From NCBI GenBank assembly GCA_030390025.1, contig CM059425.1, positions 165,728,001 through 165,792,000 on the forward strand: DNA of 64,000 nt. The letters are read 5' to 3'. How positions within the stretch are numbered: the stretch's first letter is position 1; each line of letters begins with the position of its first letter. Shown here one piece after another: positions 24,292 to 37,253 of the stretch. Position numbers and translations under genes: made by a program. The DNA comes from Squalus acanthias (lineage: Eukaryota). The notes under the pieces were generated by a model. That model ran no database searches. It saw only the letters and a list, made by a program, of their open reading frames with translations, and had not been told where the DNA came from.

Positions 24292-24909
24292 TTTCAAATA
24301 AAGCTGTTGGACTATAACTTGGTGTTGTGCGACTTCTCACATTTGTCCACCCCAGTCCAACACCGGCATCTCCACATCATCATAGGTAGGACAAAGACAT
24401 AAGTGGAAGCAATCTCATAACCTCACCGAACAGTAATGCATTTGCGGCATTTTCTCCTGTTGATCCAGTGGACAATATGAACAATGATGTTGTAAATTAA
24501 AATGTGCTATTCTTTAATCATATGATCGAACGCCTGTAGCTTACAGGCAAAATTTTAAGAAGTGAAGGAAAAATCCACTTAGTACACACAGGGAGTTAGT
24601 TATTTAACTGGAAAATATTTTGAAACTGTGGACAGAGAGAAGAAATATAACAGATTTATCACCTAATGTTATAGACAGATTTTTAGAATTTGTTCCAGGT
24701 GATTTCCAGGAGCAGCAAAGCCAAATGGGTCACAAGGCTAACTAACCTTTCCTAGTCTTTTGGAAATCCTGTGAATCATGGAGACCACGTGACTTGTAAG
24801 ATATAGGATGGCTAGTTACAGGGTAAATTCAGCCATACAAAAAATGTATCCTTACCGTCGGCCGTTGACAATGAATGAGATGCAGACAAAGGGGCTACTT
24901 GACACTTTT

Positions 24910-25506
24910 GGGGGAGGATTTTATACCTCTGCTCGAAACGGCGTGAGGCCAGTGAAGCAGCCACACCGTCGGCCCAAAGCCAGTGCCAGAAAGCCCAAAC
25001 CATTCTCGGGTTCGGGCCTCAAGCTGCAGGGACCCTGATACAGCGCACCAGTTGTGGAAAGGTAGGAAATCGGGTGGACATTCTCCCAAAGAAATTTTTG
25101 GTCCTTTTTCTGGAGCGGCCCCCAGTGGTCCCTTTAAGGATAGCTGGTAAAACTCACTCAACACCTGGTGCAAATGGGTGGAGAATGCACGGTGCACACT
25201 TCGCCCATTGGTACCTGAAGATTTCAGTCGGGGTCGTACAACTAGGACCCCAAATTACATATTTAAGTAGACTTTTGCCCGAAACAGGTGGGTGGGCTGC
25301 TTGCACCATTTACAGGTCTACCTTAAAATTGTATCAGTCGGGCCTTGGGTGTCAATGAGGAGGCGGAGGTGCCTCCTCCTCCGCCCCCCTGATTTTCAGC
25401 TGCTGGCTGTCAGTTTCACGCCCTGGATACATTTCCATTTGATGTGGGATCATCACTACATGAAGGGAAAAGTAACTCCTATTCGGTAACTTTGAAAAAT
25501 CACCCT
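24910..25506. mobile_element. Old Harbinger-type MITE
   Basis: GGGGGAGGATTTT at left and AAAAATCACCCT at right bracket a GC-rich block. TSD not clear. Confidence 0.45.
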
Positions 25507-26094
25507 TGGCCAGAATTTGGCTGGAATATCTCAATTTTGCAGGGGTGTGGGAAATCGGGTCTATTTGTCCAGCCATTCGAGGTCTTGATTAGGGATGATA
25601 CTGACAGGGTTACTGCCAAGCAGCTTCGGTAAAAGGAGGGACTGACAATGCAAATAAGAACTGTTTTTGTTAATCCAGCAGAGTTGGCAGTGGAATCACT
25701 GACCGGGTGCCTCAAGGTCCAGGGCAATCCGGAGACTTCTAGCATACTGTGTTTTTAAATATTGTGCTTGAATCCAGTTTAGTTTTATTTCCTGAACCAA
25801 ACTCTCAGCATTGATTTATGTTGTTAACAAAGAAATACCACTTTTATATAACTTCTAGGTAATTATAGCATGCATTACCTTCCTATTAAAAATTGCACTA
25901 CAGAAATACAAGCGTCCTATAAAGAGCTTTTGTCAGAAATGTCCTGATTTTGCACAACAAATTTCATGGTTGTGTTTTGTTGGGAATTACATTATGATCA
26001 CTGAAACATGCTAAAGAAATATGGACCTAACAGAAATGTTGACATTGTACTATATAGGGAAATCTGAAGCAGTAGCAGCTGCACATCCTTAATT

Positions 26095-26448
26095 CTTCTT
26101 CTTAGGCAGTCCCTCGGAACCGAGGATGACTTGCTTCCACATTAAAAATGAGTTCTCAGGTGACTGATGAGTCCAATGCGGGACCTACAGTCTCTGTCAC
26201 AGGTGGGGCAGACGGTGGTTGAAGGGGCGGGTGGGTGGGGTGCTTGGGTTGACGTGCACTCCTTGCGCTGCCTGTGCTTGGCTTCCGCTTGCTCCCGGCA
26301 AAGAGACTCGAGGTGTTCGGCGCCTTCCCGGATGCTTCTCCTCCACTTTGTGCGGTCTTGGGCCAGGGATTCCCAGGTGTCGGTGGGGATGTTACACTTT
26401 TTCAAGGAGGCTTTGAGGGTGTCCTTGAAGCGTTTCCTCTGCCTACCT
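26095..26448 (-). mobile_element. RTE-clade LINE 3' fragment with 20-bp TSD
   Basis: C-terminal CPTC...HLRTH finger. (GAA)n tail. Perfect TSD GCAGCTGCACATCCTTAATT at 26075-26094 and 26449-26468. Confidence 0.9.
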
Positions 26449-26782
26449 GCAGCTGCACATCCTTAATTACTATGTCTTAGACATGCAAAACAGGTTATTA
26501 TGTGGAGAATGTAGAAATGTTGGTCACAGATTTTTCTTTTAATTTTTTCTTGAGACATCAGAGATCATCAAAATTATTAAATTCATTCTTCTCAGCTACT
26601 GAAAAGGAATTAAAATGTTTTGATGTACCATTTTTCAAATTATGTCTGGTAACTAGCGTGATATTGTACCTTTTATAGAGATAATAGAATTAGCCATATC
26701 AGAAGTACTTTTGTTCTAGTCAAGACTTATGCTGCTTTGTGATGTTTTTGGGTTGGTTATGCAAAAGCTTAGCAAAGTCAAA

Positions 26783-27480
26783 GGGGGAAAAATTGAGTCC
26801 CGCCCCCTTTGGGGCGCTAACTTCGCCGGGGCGCAAGAAATTAGCGCCCCCGCTCCCGAAATTCACTGGTAGCGCCCCAAGAGGGAGGCGGGACGCTACT
26901 GGAAGCGCCCCGCTTCCCTCTTGGGGCGCTGCAAGTTAATATCACGGCGCTACGCCGCGGTACTGCAGGCCTTCCTCCTCTTATTAAAGGGGAGGGGCCT
27001 AGCACAGCGCGACCCGAGGCCCAGCTGGGCCACCACGGATCGGAGTGCCGGCAAAAGAGCCCGGCACTCGAGAAGTGCCGGGTTCACGGAGCACAGCCGG
27101 CACCACGCGGAGGGGCTGCACAGAAGGCCGGGGACAGCAACGGGGGCAGGTGCTGGCAGGCGGCCAGCAACAAAAATGGATGCCCGGCACCTCCCCTTTA
27201 ATTTGTGCCGCCCCGGCCGCAGGTAGGCCCCCCAGACCCTGTCGGACATAGCGTCCGGAGGCAAGTCAGGGAGCGCTACCGAAGATCGCAGCCGGGGCGC
27301 GAGCGGGCGCTGCGCACAGCAATGACGTCATCGCCGGAGGCGCGGCGCTAACGGTACCTCCGCCGTTAACCTCACGCTGAATTTCGCGGGAGGTGTTGGC
27401 GGCGCCGCGCCCAGGCGCTAGTTGCTTTGCGCCCCGTTAGGGCACTAACAGGAGGCGCAAATCAACCGAATTTTACCCCC
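26783..27480. mobile_element. CpG-rich Harbinger-type MITE
   Basis: TIR GGGGGAAAAATT / AATTTTACCCCC. AAA TSD. Many subterminal GCGCCCC/GGGGCGC motifs. Confidence 0.85.
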
Positions 27481-27623
27481 AAAATCTACTAAAGGTGCTT
27501 GAGCAGAAGCATATTAATTGTATTTGAAAAAATGAAATAGAAATGTAGTTAATTTGCTTTGTTATTGGTTCAATTTTATAGCCCCGTGAAATTAATTTCT
27601 TCTAGCACGGATTCCATAAATGG

Positions 27624-28265
27624 ACAACTTGCATTTATAGAGAACCTTTAACATAGAAAAACATCCCGAGATGCTTCACAGAGACAAAAGGGAAAAAATG
27701 GTTGCTGAGCCAAAGAAAGATATTAGGAGGGGTGACTAAAAGCTTGGTCAACCAGGTGGGTTTTAAGGAGGGTGGTAAAGGAGGAGAGAGATGTGAAGAG
27801 ACGGAGGGGTTTAGGGAGGGAGATGCAGAGCATGGGGTCTAGGTTACAGAAGCAGATAGTGGGGCGAAGGCAAGGATGGGTTACATAAGAGACAAAGCTA
27901 CATGAGCAGACAGTTCCAAAAGGGCTTGTAGGGCTGGGGGAGGTTCTAGTGATAAGGAGGGGTGAGGCGAGGAGGATTTAAACACAAGGATGAGAATTTT
28001 AAATTGGAGGCGGTGGGGGACAGGGAGCTAATGTAGGTCAGGACTGATGGATAAGTAGAACTTGGTGCAGGATAGGATTTGGAGAGCAGAGTTTTGGATG
28101 AGGTGAAATTTACAGAGGAGGGAGGTTGGAAAGCTGACCAGAAGAACATTGAAAATAGTGGAGTAGTGAGGTGACAAAGGCCTGTATGAAAGTTTCAGCG
28201 ATAGATGGCCTGAGGCAGGGATGGAAGTGGGTGATGTTACAGAAATAGGCTGTCTTTCTGATGCA
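27624..28265 (-). mobile_element. L2-like LINE 3' fragment
   Basis: AETFIQAFVTSLLHY resembles the L2 RT C-terminal AETLVHAFITSRLDY motif. Tail ...TATAAATGCAAGTTGT. Confidence 0.7.
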
Positions 28266-29181
28266 GAGAATATTAGAACACAAGAACATAAGAATTAAGA
28301 GCAGGAGTAGGCCATACGGCCCCTCGAGCCTGCTCCGCCATTCAATAAGATCATAGCTGATCTCCGACCCCAACTCCACTTTCCTGCCCGATCCCTAGAG
28401 CCCAAAAATCTATCTATCTCAGTCTTGAATCAACGATTCGGCATCTCAGCCCTTTGGGGTAGAGAATTCCAAAGATTCACAACCGTCTGAGTGAAGAAAT
28501 TCCTCGTCATCACAGTCTTAAATGACCGACCCCTTATCTGAGGTATGCCCCCTAGCTCTATACTCTCCAGCCAGGGGAAACAATCTCTCAACATCTACCC
28601 TGTCACTTCCCCTCGGAATCTTATGTTTCAATAAGATCACCGCTCATTCTTCTAAACTGCAGAGAGGAAAGGCACAATCTACTCGATCTCTCCTCATAAG
28701 ACAAACCTCTCATCCTGCGAATCAATCTAGTGAACCTTCATTGCATCACCTCTGAGGCAAGTATATTCTTCCCCAGATAAGGAGGCCAAAACTGTGCACA
28801 CTACTCCAGGTGTGGTCTCACCAAAGCCTTGTACAATTGTAGCAAGACTTCCTTACTCTTGTACTCCAATACTCCAACCCCCTTGCAATAAAGGCCAACA
28901 TGCCATTTGCCTTTCAAATTGCTTTATGTACCTGCATGCTAACTCAGTTTCCTGTACGAGGACACCGCAATCTCTCTGAAAACCAACATTTAATAGTTTC
29001 TCACCATTTAAAAAATATATTTTTTTTTATTCTTCCTACCAAAGTGAATAACCTCACATTTCCCCACATTATACTCCATCTGCCACCTTATTGCCCACTC
29101 ACTTAACCTGTCTATATCCCTTTGCAGGCTCTTTGTGTCCTCCTCACAGCTTACTTTCCCACCTAGCTTCGTATCTCGTGC

Positions 29182-29352
29182 ACTACAAGAGAGCGCGAGA
29201 GCAGGAGATCGGGCCGGAGATAAAAGGGCGTGACTGAGCTGACCAGCGGGACTACAAGAGAGCAAGCCCGGAGCAGCACCAACCGACCTGGGAGGGTAAG
29301 AAGTAGAAAGATTCAAAGTGTGACGTCACAGGAAAGCAAGAAAGTGATTGGT
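29182..29352 (+). promoter_or_regulatory. Putative CR1 internal promoter motifs
   Basis: ACTACAAGAGAGC twice (29182, 29251), TGACGTCA (29321-29328) and GATTGG upstream of ORF1. Confidence 0.45.
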
Positions 29353-29471
29353 TTGTCAGTATTTCTCTCTCTCTTTCTTGGGCATTGGTTTAAATTAAGA
29401 GCCAGGATTAAAAACGAAACGTTCAAAACTTAAACAATTAATTAAATACATTAGAGATAGCAGAGCAGGCG

Positions 29472-31152
29472 ATGTGTTACTGCTGCAACATGTGGGAGCT
29501 GGTGGACACCATTGAAGTCCACGGCGACCACATTTGCAGTAAGTGTTGGTTGCTTCAGGAACTTCGGCTCCGTGTTGATGAGCAGGAGTCCGAGCTTCAA
29601 ACACAGCAACACATCAGGGTGGGGCAGAGTTACCTGGACGCTGTGTTCCAGGAGGCAGTCACACCCCTTAGATTAATTAATTCAAATTTGGTTCGTGGTC
29701 AGGGACAGGTGGGTGTGACTATGAGCGAGGCAGGTATGGGGACCCAGGAGGTAGTGGTGGAGGAGCCTCAGCCCTTGCTCTTGTCCAACAAGTATGAGGT
29801 TCTTACTCTATGTGTGGACGAGAGCAGGGACTGCAGTGAGGACGAGCAAACTGACCACAGCACCGTGGTACAGGAAGCCATTCAAGTGGGGGGAGCAAAA
29901 AGAAATGTGGTAGTGGTAGGGGACAATATAGTTAGGGGGATAGACACTGTTCTCTGCAGCCAAGAGCTGCAGAGGAACTTGGGCCGCGATCTTACCTCTG
30001 GAGACTTCTGGTTTCCAGGGTTTCAGTCCCGCCCCCAGCAAGGTCTGACGAACCTACGCTATTTTCCCTTCATTGGCCTTGTTAAGCCCGCCGTGCGGGC
30101 TTAGTCGGCCAATTAAGGGAAAGCCGGTGACAGATGACGTCAGCGTATGATGCTTCATCTGTCGAAAAAATTTTGACAGATGAATTGTCAGCGTTTGATA
30201 GCTTTGAGAAGCCGCCAAACACTGACAATCTCTGTTCTAAGGTGAGCCCTTGCACAGAAGGCTCACCAAGACCTCTCTCCTCAGCAAAAAGCAGATGGTT
30301 GCTGCATCTGAGAATGCAGCAACCATTCTGTCATCTCTGCCGTTGAGATGAGACACCTCCAGATCCCCCAAGGGTTAAAGCCTGCAGAAAGAAACAAAGG
30401 TAAGGAAACTTTTTCCAACACTTTACACTCACCTCTCATACTTACCTGTCCACACTTGTACCCATCACTCGCCTCTACAGCGGACATTTCGACCGCTCTC
30501 ACCCCCGCAGACCCACTGCTCGCCTCGCTGACCCTGACGAGGTTCGCAGCCGTTGGGAAGCCCGCACTTGCAGGCGTAAAATGGGAATAAGCCTCAAAAC
30601 TGCCTGTTAACTACCTGTTAACAGGCAGTTAATTGGCTCTAATCCCCTTCCCGCCTCGAGGAAACGGGTCCCTGCGCAAGTCGGGGACCAGCCTCCCAGG
30701 AAGATGGTTCAGAGGCGGGTTGGAAGCAGGGTTGGGACCCGCTCCCAATTTTTCCCATTTTGCCAGCAGTCCCACCTCCAAATCCGCCTCCTAAGGGCTG
30801 GTAAAATCCAGCCCAAAGAGTGGGAGGGGAAAGATCCAGTTGTCGTGGTCCATGTAGGTACCAACGACCTAGGTAGGACAAAGAGGTTCTGCTGAGGGAG
30901 TATGAGCAGCTAGGGGCTAAATTAAAAAGCAGAACTACAAAGGTAATAATCTCTGGATTACTGCCTAAACCACGTGCAAATTGGCATAGGGTAAAAAAAG
31001 TTCAGAGAGATGAACGAGTGGCTCAAAGATTGGTGTGGGAGAAATGGGTTTCGATTCCTGGGGCATTGGCACCAGTACTGGGATAAGAGGGAGCTGTTCC
31101 ATCAGTGTCCTGGCGAATCGAATAACTAGGGCTGTAGATAGGGCTTTAAACT
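29472..31152 (+). pseudogene. CR1 ORF1 (Cys-rich finger, coiled coil, SGNH esterase-like), disrupted by a MITE
   Basis: CYCCNMWE...CSKC, LRLRVDEQESEL, VVVVGDNIVRG and VVHVGTND motifs. Confidence 0.85.
29982..30814. mobile_element. Harbinger-derived non-autonomous element inside CR1 ORF1
   Basis: Ends GGCCGCGATCTTACC / GGTAAAATCCAGCCC closely match the two ends of 56157-62566. No clean TSD. Confidence 0.8.
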
Positions 31153-31319
31153 AAATAGTGGGGGGGAGGGATCCGCTGAACGGAAATTAAAAAAGTCAAA
31201 GAAAAATGAGAAAGCAAAAGTGTAGGGTAGCGATAGGAGTAATGATATTCAGAGTGTGACAGGAAGGGACAGAGCGTATACACATAAGAGTGCATCAGAA
31301 AGAGGGGTCAGAGTAGGGA

Positions 31320-34145
31320 AAATGGTAAAAAGACAAAATTAAATACTCGATATCTGAACATACGCAACAGTCGTAACAAGATAGATGAGTTGACAGCACA
31401 AATAGAAATAAATGGGTATGATCTGATAGTCATTACAGAGACGTGGTTGCAAGGTGACCAAGGCTGCAAACTGAATATTATGGGGTATTTGCCATTTCGT
31501 AAGGATAGGCAGAAAGGAAAAGGAGGTGGTGTAGCTCAGTTAAGGGATGAGATCAGTGCAGTAGTGAGAAATGATATTGGCTTAGAAGATCAAGACGTAG
31601 AATCAGTTTGGGTGGAGATAAGAAATAATAAGGGTAAGATGTCACTGGTGGGAGTGGTCTACAGGCCCCCAAACAGTAGTCCACACTGTAGGACAAAGTA
31701 TAAATCAAGAAATAATAGAGGCTTGTAAGAAAGGTACGGCTATAATCATGGGAGATATTAATCTTAGTATTGATTGGACAAAGCAAATTAGCAAACGTAG
31801 ATTTGGGAAAGAGTTCTTAGAGTGTATGCGGGATGGTTTCTTGGAACAATACATTGTGGAACCAATCAGGGAGCAGACTATTTTAGATCTGGTAATGTGT
31901 AACGAGGCTGGATTAATTAATGATCTCGAAGTGAAGGATCCTCTTGGGAAGAGTGATCATAGCATGGTAGAATTTCAAATTCAGTTTGAGGGTGAGAAAG
32001 CTAGGTCTCAAACTAGTGTCCTGAACTTAAATAAAGGTAATTGCAAAGGTATGAAGGCAGATTTGGTTAAAGTGGACTGGGAAAATATATTACAGGGTAA
32101 GACTGTAGAAAAGCACGAGCAAACATTTAAGGAGATATTTCATAACTCTCAACAAAGATATATTCCAGTGAGAAAGAAAGACTCTCTAAGAGAAGGATGA
32201 ACCATCTGTGGCTAACTAAGGAAGTAAAGGATGGTATCAAATTGAAAACAAAGGCATACAATGTTGCGAAGAATAGTAGAAGGCCAGAGGATTGGGACAT
32301 TTTTTTAAATCAGCAAAGGACGACTAAAAGAATGATAGAGAGAGACGATAGCTTATGAGAGTAAGCTAGCAAGAAATATAAAAACAGACAGTAAGAGCTT
32401 CTACAGGTATATAAAAAGCAAGAGAGTAGCTAAAGTAAACGTTGGTCCCCTAGAGGATGAGTCTGGGGAATTAATAATGGGAAACAGGGAAATGGCAGAG
32501 ACTTTGAACAAATATTTTGTATCGGTCTTCACGGTAGAAGACACTAAAAGCATCCCAATAATGGATAATCAAGGGACTATTGGGGTGGGGGGGGACTTAA
32601 AACAATCACTATCACTAGAGAAAAAGTACTTGGCAAACTAATGGGACTAAAGGTGGACAAGTCCCCTGGACCTGATGGCCTGCATCCTAGGGTCTTAAAA
32701 GAGGTGGCTGCAGAGATAGTGGATGCATTGGTTGTAATCTACCAAAATTCCCTGGATTCTGGAGAGGTCCCTGCGGACTGGAAAACCGCAAATATAACGC
32801 CACTATTTAAGAAAGGAGGGAGACACAAAGCAGGCAACTATAGAGCAGTTAGCCTAATATCTGTCATTGGGAAAATGCTGGAGTCCATCATTAAGGAAGT
32901 GATAGCAGGACATTTAGAAAATCATAATATAGTCAAGCAGAGTCAGCATGGTTTTATGAAAGGGAAGTCATGTTTGACAAATTTGCTGGAGTGTTTTGAG
33001 GATGTAACGAGCAGGGTGAATAAAGGGGAACCAGTAGATGTCGTGTATTTGGATTTCCAGAAGGCATTTGATAAGGTGCCACATAAAAGGTTACTGCACA
33101 AGATAAGAGCTCACGGGGTTGGGGGTAATATATTAGCATGGATAGAGGATCGGCTAACTAACAGAAAACAGAGAGTCGGGATAAATGGCTCATTTTCAGG
33201 TTGGCAAACTGTAACTAGTGGGGTGCCGCAGGGATCAGTGCTGGGGCCTCCACTATTTACAATCTATATTAATGACTTGGATGAAGGGACCGAGTGTAAT
33301 GTAGCCAAATTTGCTGATGATGCAAAGATAGATGGGAAAGCAAATTGTGTGGAGGACGCAATTTCCAAAGGGATGTATATAGGCTAAGTGAGTGGGCAAA
33401 AATCTGGCAGATGGAGTTTAATGTAGGAAAATGCGAGGTTATCCACATTGGTAGGAAAAATAAAAAAGCAAATTATTATTTAAATGGGGAGAGATTACAA
33501 AATCCTGAGGTACAGAGGGATCTGGGGGTCCTTGTACATGAATCACAAAAAGTTAGCATGCAGGTACAGCAAGTAATTAGGAAGGCAAATGGAATGTTGG
33601 CCTTTATTGCAAAGAGAATGGAGTATAAATGTAGGAAAGTCCTGTTACAACTGTACAGGGCGTTGGTGAGACCACACCTGGAGTACTGCATACAGTTTTG
33701 GTCTCCTTATTTAAGGAAGGATATACTTGCATTGGAGGCAGTTCAGAGATTGTTCACGAGGTTGATTCCGGAGATGAAGGGGTTGTCTTGTGAAGAAAGG
33801 TTGAGCAGGTTGGGCCTATACTCATTGGAGTTTAGTAGAATGAGAGGGGATCTTATTGAAACATATAAGATTCTGAAGGGGCTTGACAGGGTAGATGCAG
33901 AGAGGATGTTTCCCCTCGCGGGGGAATCTAGAACTAGGGGGCATAATTTCAGAATAAGGGGGCACCCATTTAAAACGGAAATGAGGAGGAATTTCTTCTC
34001 TCAGAGGGTCGTGAATCTTTGGAATTCTCTTCCCCAGAGAGCTGTGGAGGCTGGGTCATTGAATATATTTAAAGTGGAATTAGACAGATTTTTGAATGGT
34101 AAGGGAGTGAAGGGTTATGGGGAGCGGGCAGGGAAGTGGAGTTGA
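31320..34145 (+). pseudogene. CR1 ORF2 (APE endonuclease + RT), frameshifted
   Basis: ITETW, GVVYRPP, MGDIN, SDH, QGSVLGP and FADD motifs spread over four ORFs. Confidence 0.92.
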
Positions 34146-34378
34146 GGCCAAGATCAGATCAGCCATGATCTTATTGAATGGCGGAGCAGGCTCGAGGGGC
34201 CAAATGACCTACTCCTGCTCCTACGTCTTATGTTCTTATGTATCATCAGCAAACTTGGATACATTGCACTCGGTCCCTTCATAAGTTATTAATATAGATT
34301 GTAAATAGCTGAGGCCCAAGCACTGATCTTTGCAACACCACACTAGTTACAGCCTGCCAACTTGAAAATAATCTTGCG

Positions 34379-34820
34379 TAACAGCCAGTTACGTGGATAG
34401 ACTGGAGAAGCTGGGGTTGTTCTCCTCAGAGCAGAGAAGGTTGAGAGGAGATTTGATAGAGGTGTTCAAAATTATAAGGGGTCTAGATAGAGAGAAACTG
34501 TTCCCATTGGTGGAAGGGTCAAGAACCAGAGGACACAGATTTGAGGTGATTGGCAGAAGAACCAAAGGCGACATGAGGGAAAACTTTTTTACGCGGCAAG
34601 TGGTTAGGATCTGGAATGCACTGCCTGAGAGGGTGGTGGAGGCAGATTCTATCATGGCTTTAAAAAGGGAATTGGATAAGTACCTGAAGGAAAACATTTT
34701 GCAGGGTTACGGGGAAAGGGCGGGGGAGTGGGACTAGCTGAAGTGCTCTTGCAGAGAGCCGGCACTGGCTCGACAGGCCTAATGGCCTCCTTCTGTGCTG
34801 TAACCGTTCTATAATTCTAC
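34379..34820 (+). mobile_element. CR1 3' fragment of a different subfamily
   Basis: RLEKLGLFSSEQRRLRGDLIEV...WNALP. Distinct 3' UTR ending TTCTATAATTCTA. Confidence 0.88.
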
Positions 34821-37034
34821 CGTATTGAATGCCTTTAGGAAATCCAAATATATTGCATCCACTGATTCCCCTTTATCTACTAGTTACATCCTCAAAAAAC
34901 TCTAATAAATTTATTAAACACAATATCCCTTTCATAAAACCATGTTGACTCTGCCTAATCATTTGATTTTCTAAGTGCCCTGTTACCACTTCCTTAATAA
35001 TGGATTCCAGCATTTTCCCAACAACTGATGTCAGGCTAACTGGCCTGTAATTCCCTGTTTTCTCTCTCCCTCCTTTCTTCAATAGCGAGGTTACTTTTGC
35101 TACCTTCGAATCCGCTGGGACCATTCTAGAATCTAGGGAATTTTGGAAGATCACAACCAATGCATCCACTATCTCTGTTGCCACCTCTTTTAGAACTCTA
35201 GGATGTAGGCCATCAGGTCCAGGGGATTTGTCGGCTTTTAGTCCCATTAGTTTCTCAAGTACTTTTTCTCTACTGATCTTAATTACTTTAATTTTCTCTC
35301 GTTAGCCCCTTGATTCCCCACTATTTTTGGTATGCTTTTTGTGTCTTCTACTGTGAAAACAGATACAAAATATTTGTTTTAAGTCTCCTGCCATTTCCTT
35401 ATACCCCATTATAATTTCTCCTGTATCTGCCTCTAAGGGACTAACGCTGACTTTTGCTACTCTTCCTTTTTACATACTTGTAGAAGCTCTAACAAGCTGT
35501 TTTTATATTTCTTGCAAGTTTACTCTCATTCTATTTTCTCCCTTTTTATTAATTTTTTGGTCATCCTTTTCTGGTTTCTAAAGCTCTCCCAATCCTCAGG
35601 CTTACTACTATTCTTCGCAACATTATAAGCCTCTTCTTTTAATCTAATACTATCCTTAACTACTTTAGTTAGCCATGGCTGAATCACTTTTCCCTTGGAG
35701 CTTTTATTTCTCAATGGAATGTATATTCGTTGAGAATTATGGAATGTATATTCGTTGAGAATTTTGGAATATTTTTTAAATGTTTGCCACTGCTTATCTA
35801 CCATCATACTTTTTAATCTAATTTCCCAATCTACCTTAGCCAACTTGCCCCTCATACCTATGTAGTTGGCTTTATTTAAGTTTAAGGCTGTAGTTTCGAA
35901 TTTAAGTATCTCACTCTCAAATTCAATGTGAAATTCTATCATATTATGATCACTCTTCCCCAGAGCATCCTTTACTATGAGATTACTAATTAATCCTGTC
36001 TCATTACACAATAAAAGATCTAAAATAGCCTGTTCCCTGGTTGGTTCCACGACATATTGTTCTAGGAAACTGTCTCAAATGCATTCTATGAACCCGTCGT
36101 CCAGACTACCTTTGCCAATTTGATTTGCTCAGTCTATATGAAGATTAAAGTCCCCCATGATTATTGCATTACCTTGGTTACAAGCTCCTATTATTTCTTG
36201 ATTAATACACTGTCCAACGGTATAGCTACTGTTAGGGGGCCTATATACTACTCCCACCAGTGTTTTCTGCCCCTTGTTATTTCTTATCTCCACCCATACT
36301 GATTCTACTTCCTGATCTTCCGAGCCAAGATCCTTTCTCGCTACTGTCCTTATGTCATCCTTTATTATCATGGCTACCCCTCCCCACCTTTTCCTTTCCG
36401 CCTGTCTTTTGGAAATGTCAAGTACCCTGGAATATTTAGTTCCCAACCTTGGCACCTTGCAACCACGTCCCTGTAATGGCTATTAGATCAAACCCATTTA
36501 TCTCTCTTTGTGCCACTAATCCGTCTATCTTGTTACAAATGCTTCATGCATTTAGATAGAGTCTTTAATTTTAACTTTTTACCATTATTCCCTGCTTTCA
36601 CCTTATTCGCTGATGCACTACTACCATTAAACTCTCTGTCCCTTCCTGTCACACTCTGCTTATCTTTACCCAAATCGCCTCATTGCCTTGATTTTCTCTT
36701 TAGATTTCTAAATTCCCCCTCACCTGACCCACCTCCCCCCCCATCCTTTTTAGTTTAAAGCCCTATCTACAGCCCTAGATACTCGGTTAGTCAGGACACC
36801 GGTTCTAGCCTGGTTTAAGTGGAGCCCATCCCAATGGAACCGCTCTCTCTTTCCCCAGTACTGCTGCCAGTGCCCAGTGAATCGAAACCCCTTCCTCCCA
36901 CACCACTCTTTGAGCCACGCATTTAACCTGATCTGCTTGTCCCAATGCCAATTTGCGTGTGGCTCAGGTAACAATCCAGAGATTATTACCTTTTGAGATT
37001 CTGCGTTTGAATTTGGACCCTAGCTCCTCAAACT

Positions 37035-37253
37035 TTGGAATTCTCTGCCCCAGAGGGCTGTGAATGCTGAGTCTTTGAGTATATTCAAGGCTGAGATAAA
37101 TAGATTTTTGGACTCTAGGGGAATCAAGGGATATGGAGATTGGGCGGGAAAGTTGAGTTGAGGTCGATGATCAGCCATGATCTTATTGAATGGTGGTGCA
37201 GGCTCGAGGGGCCGTATGGCCTACCCCTGCTCCTATTTCTTATGTTCTTATGT
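37035..37253 (+). mobile_element. CR1 3'-terminal fragment nested in host ORF1
   Basis: 3' UTR and TTCTTATG tail. AACT at both junctions. Confidence 0.85.

Larger units (their letters stand above)
23421..24383. mobile_element. Penelope-like mini-insertion (inverted arms + hammerhead), split by a MITE
   Basis: Arms ~23415-23476 and ~24286-24347 are inverted repeats. Same tail as 336-373. Flanks AGGTAGACAAA / AGGTAGGACAAA. Confidence 0.8.
29176..34239 (+). mobile_element. Near full-length CR1 LINE (5' UTR, ORF1, ORF2, 3' tail)
   Basis: CpG-containing 5' UTR, ORF1 from 29472, APE and RT fragments to 34145, TTCTTATG tail. GTATC repeated at both junctions. Confidence 0.93.

Noticed and set aside
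26783..27480. CpG-island promoter or GC-rich coding exons
   Set aside because: The GC-rich block is bounded exactly by TIRs and an AAA TSD. The overlapping ORFs are a by-product of high GC.
35714..35770. 25-bp tandem repeat
   Set aside because: Simple local duplication within a dead CR1.
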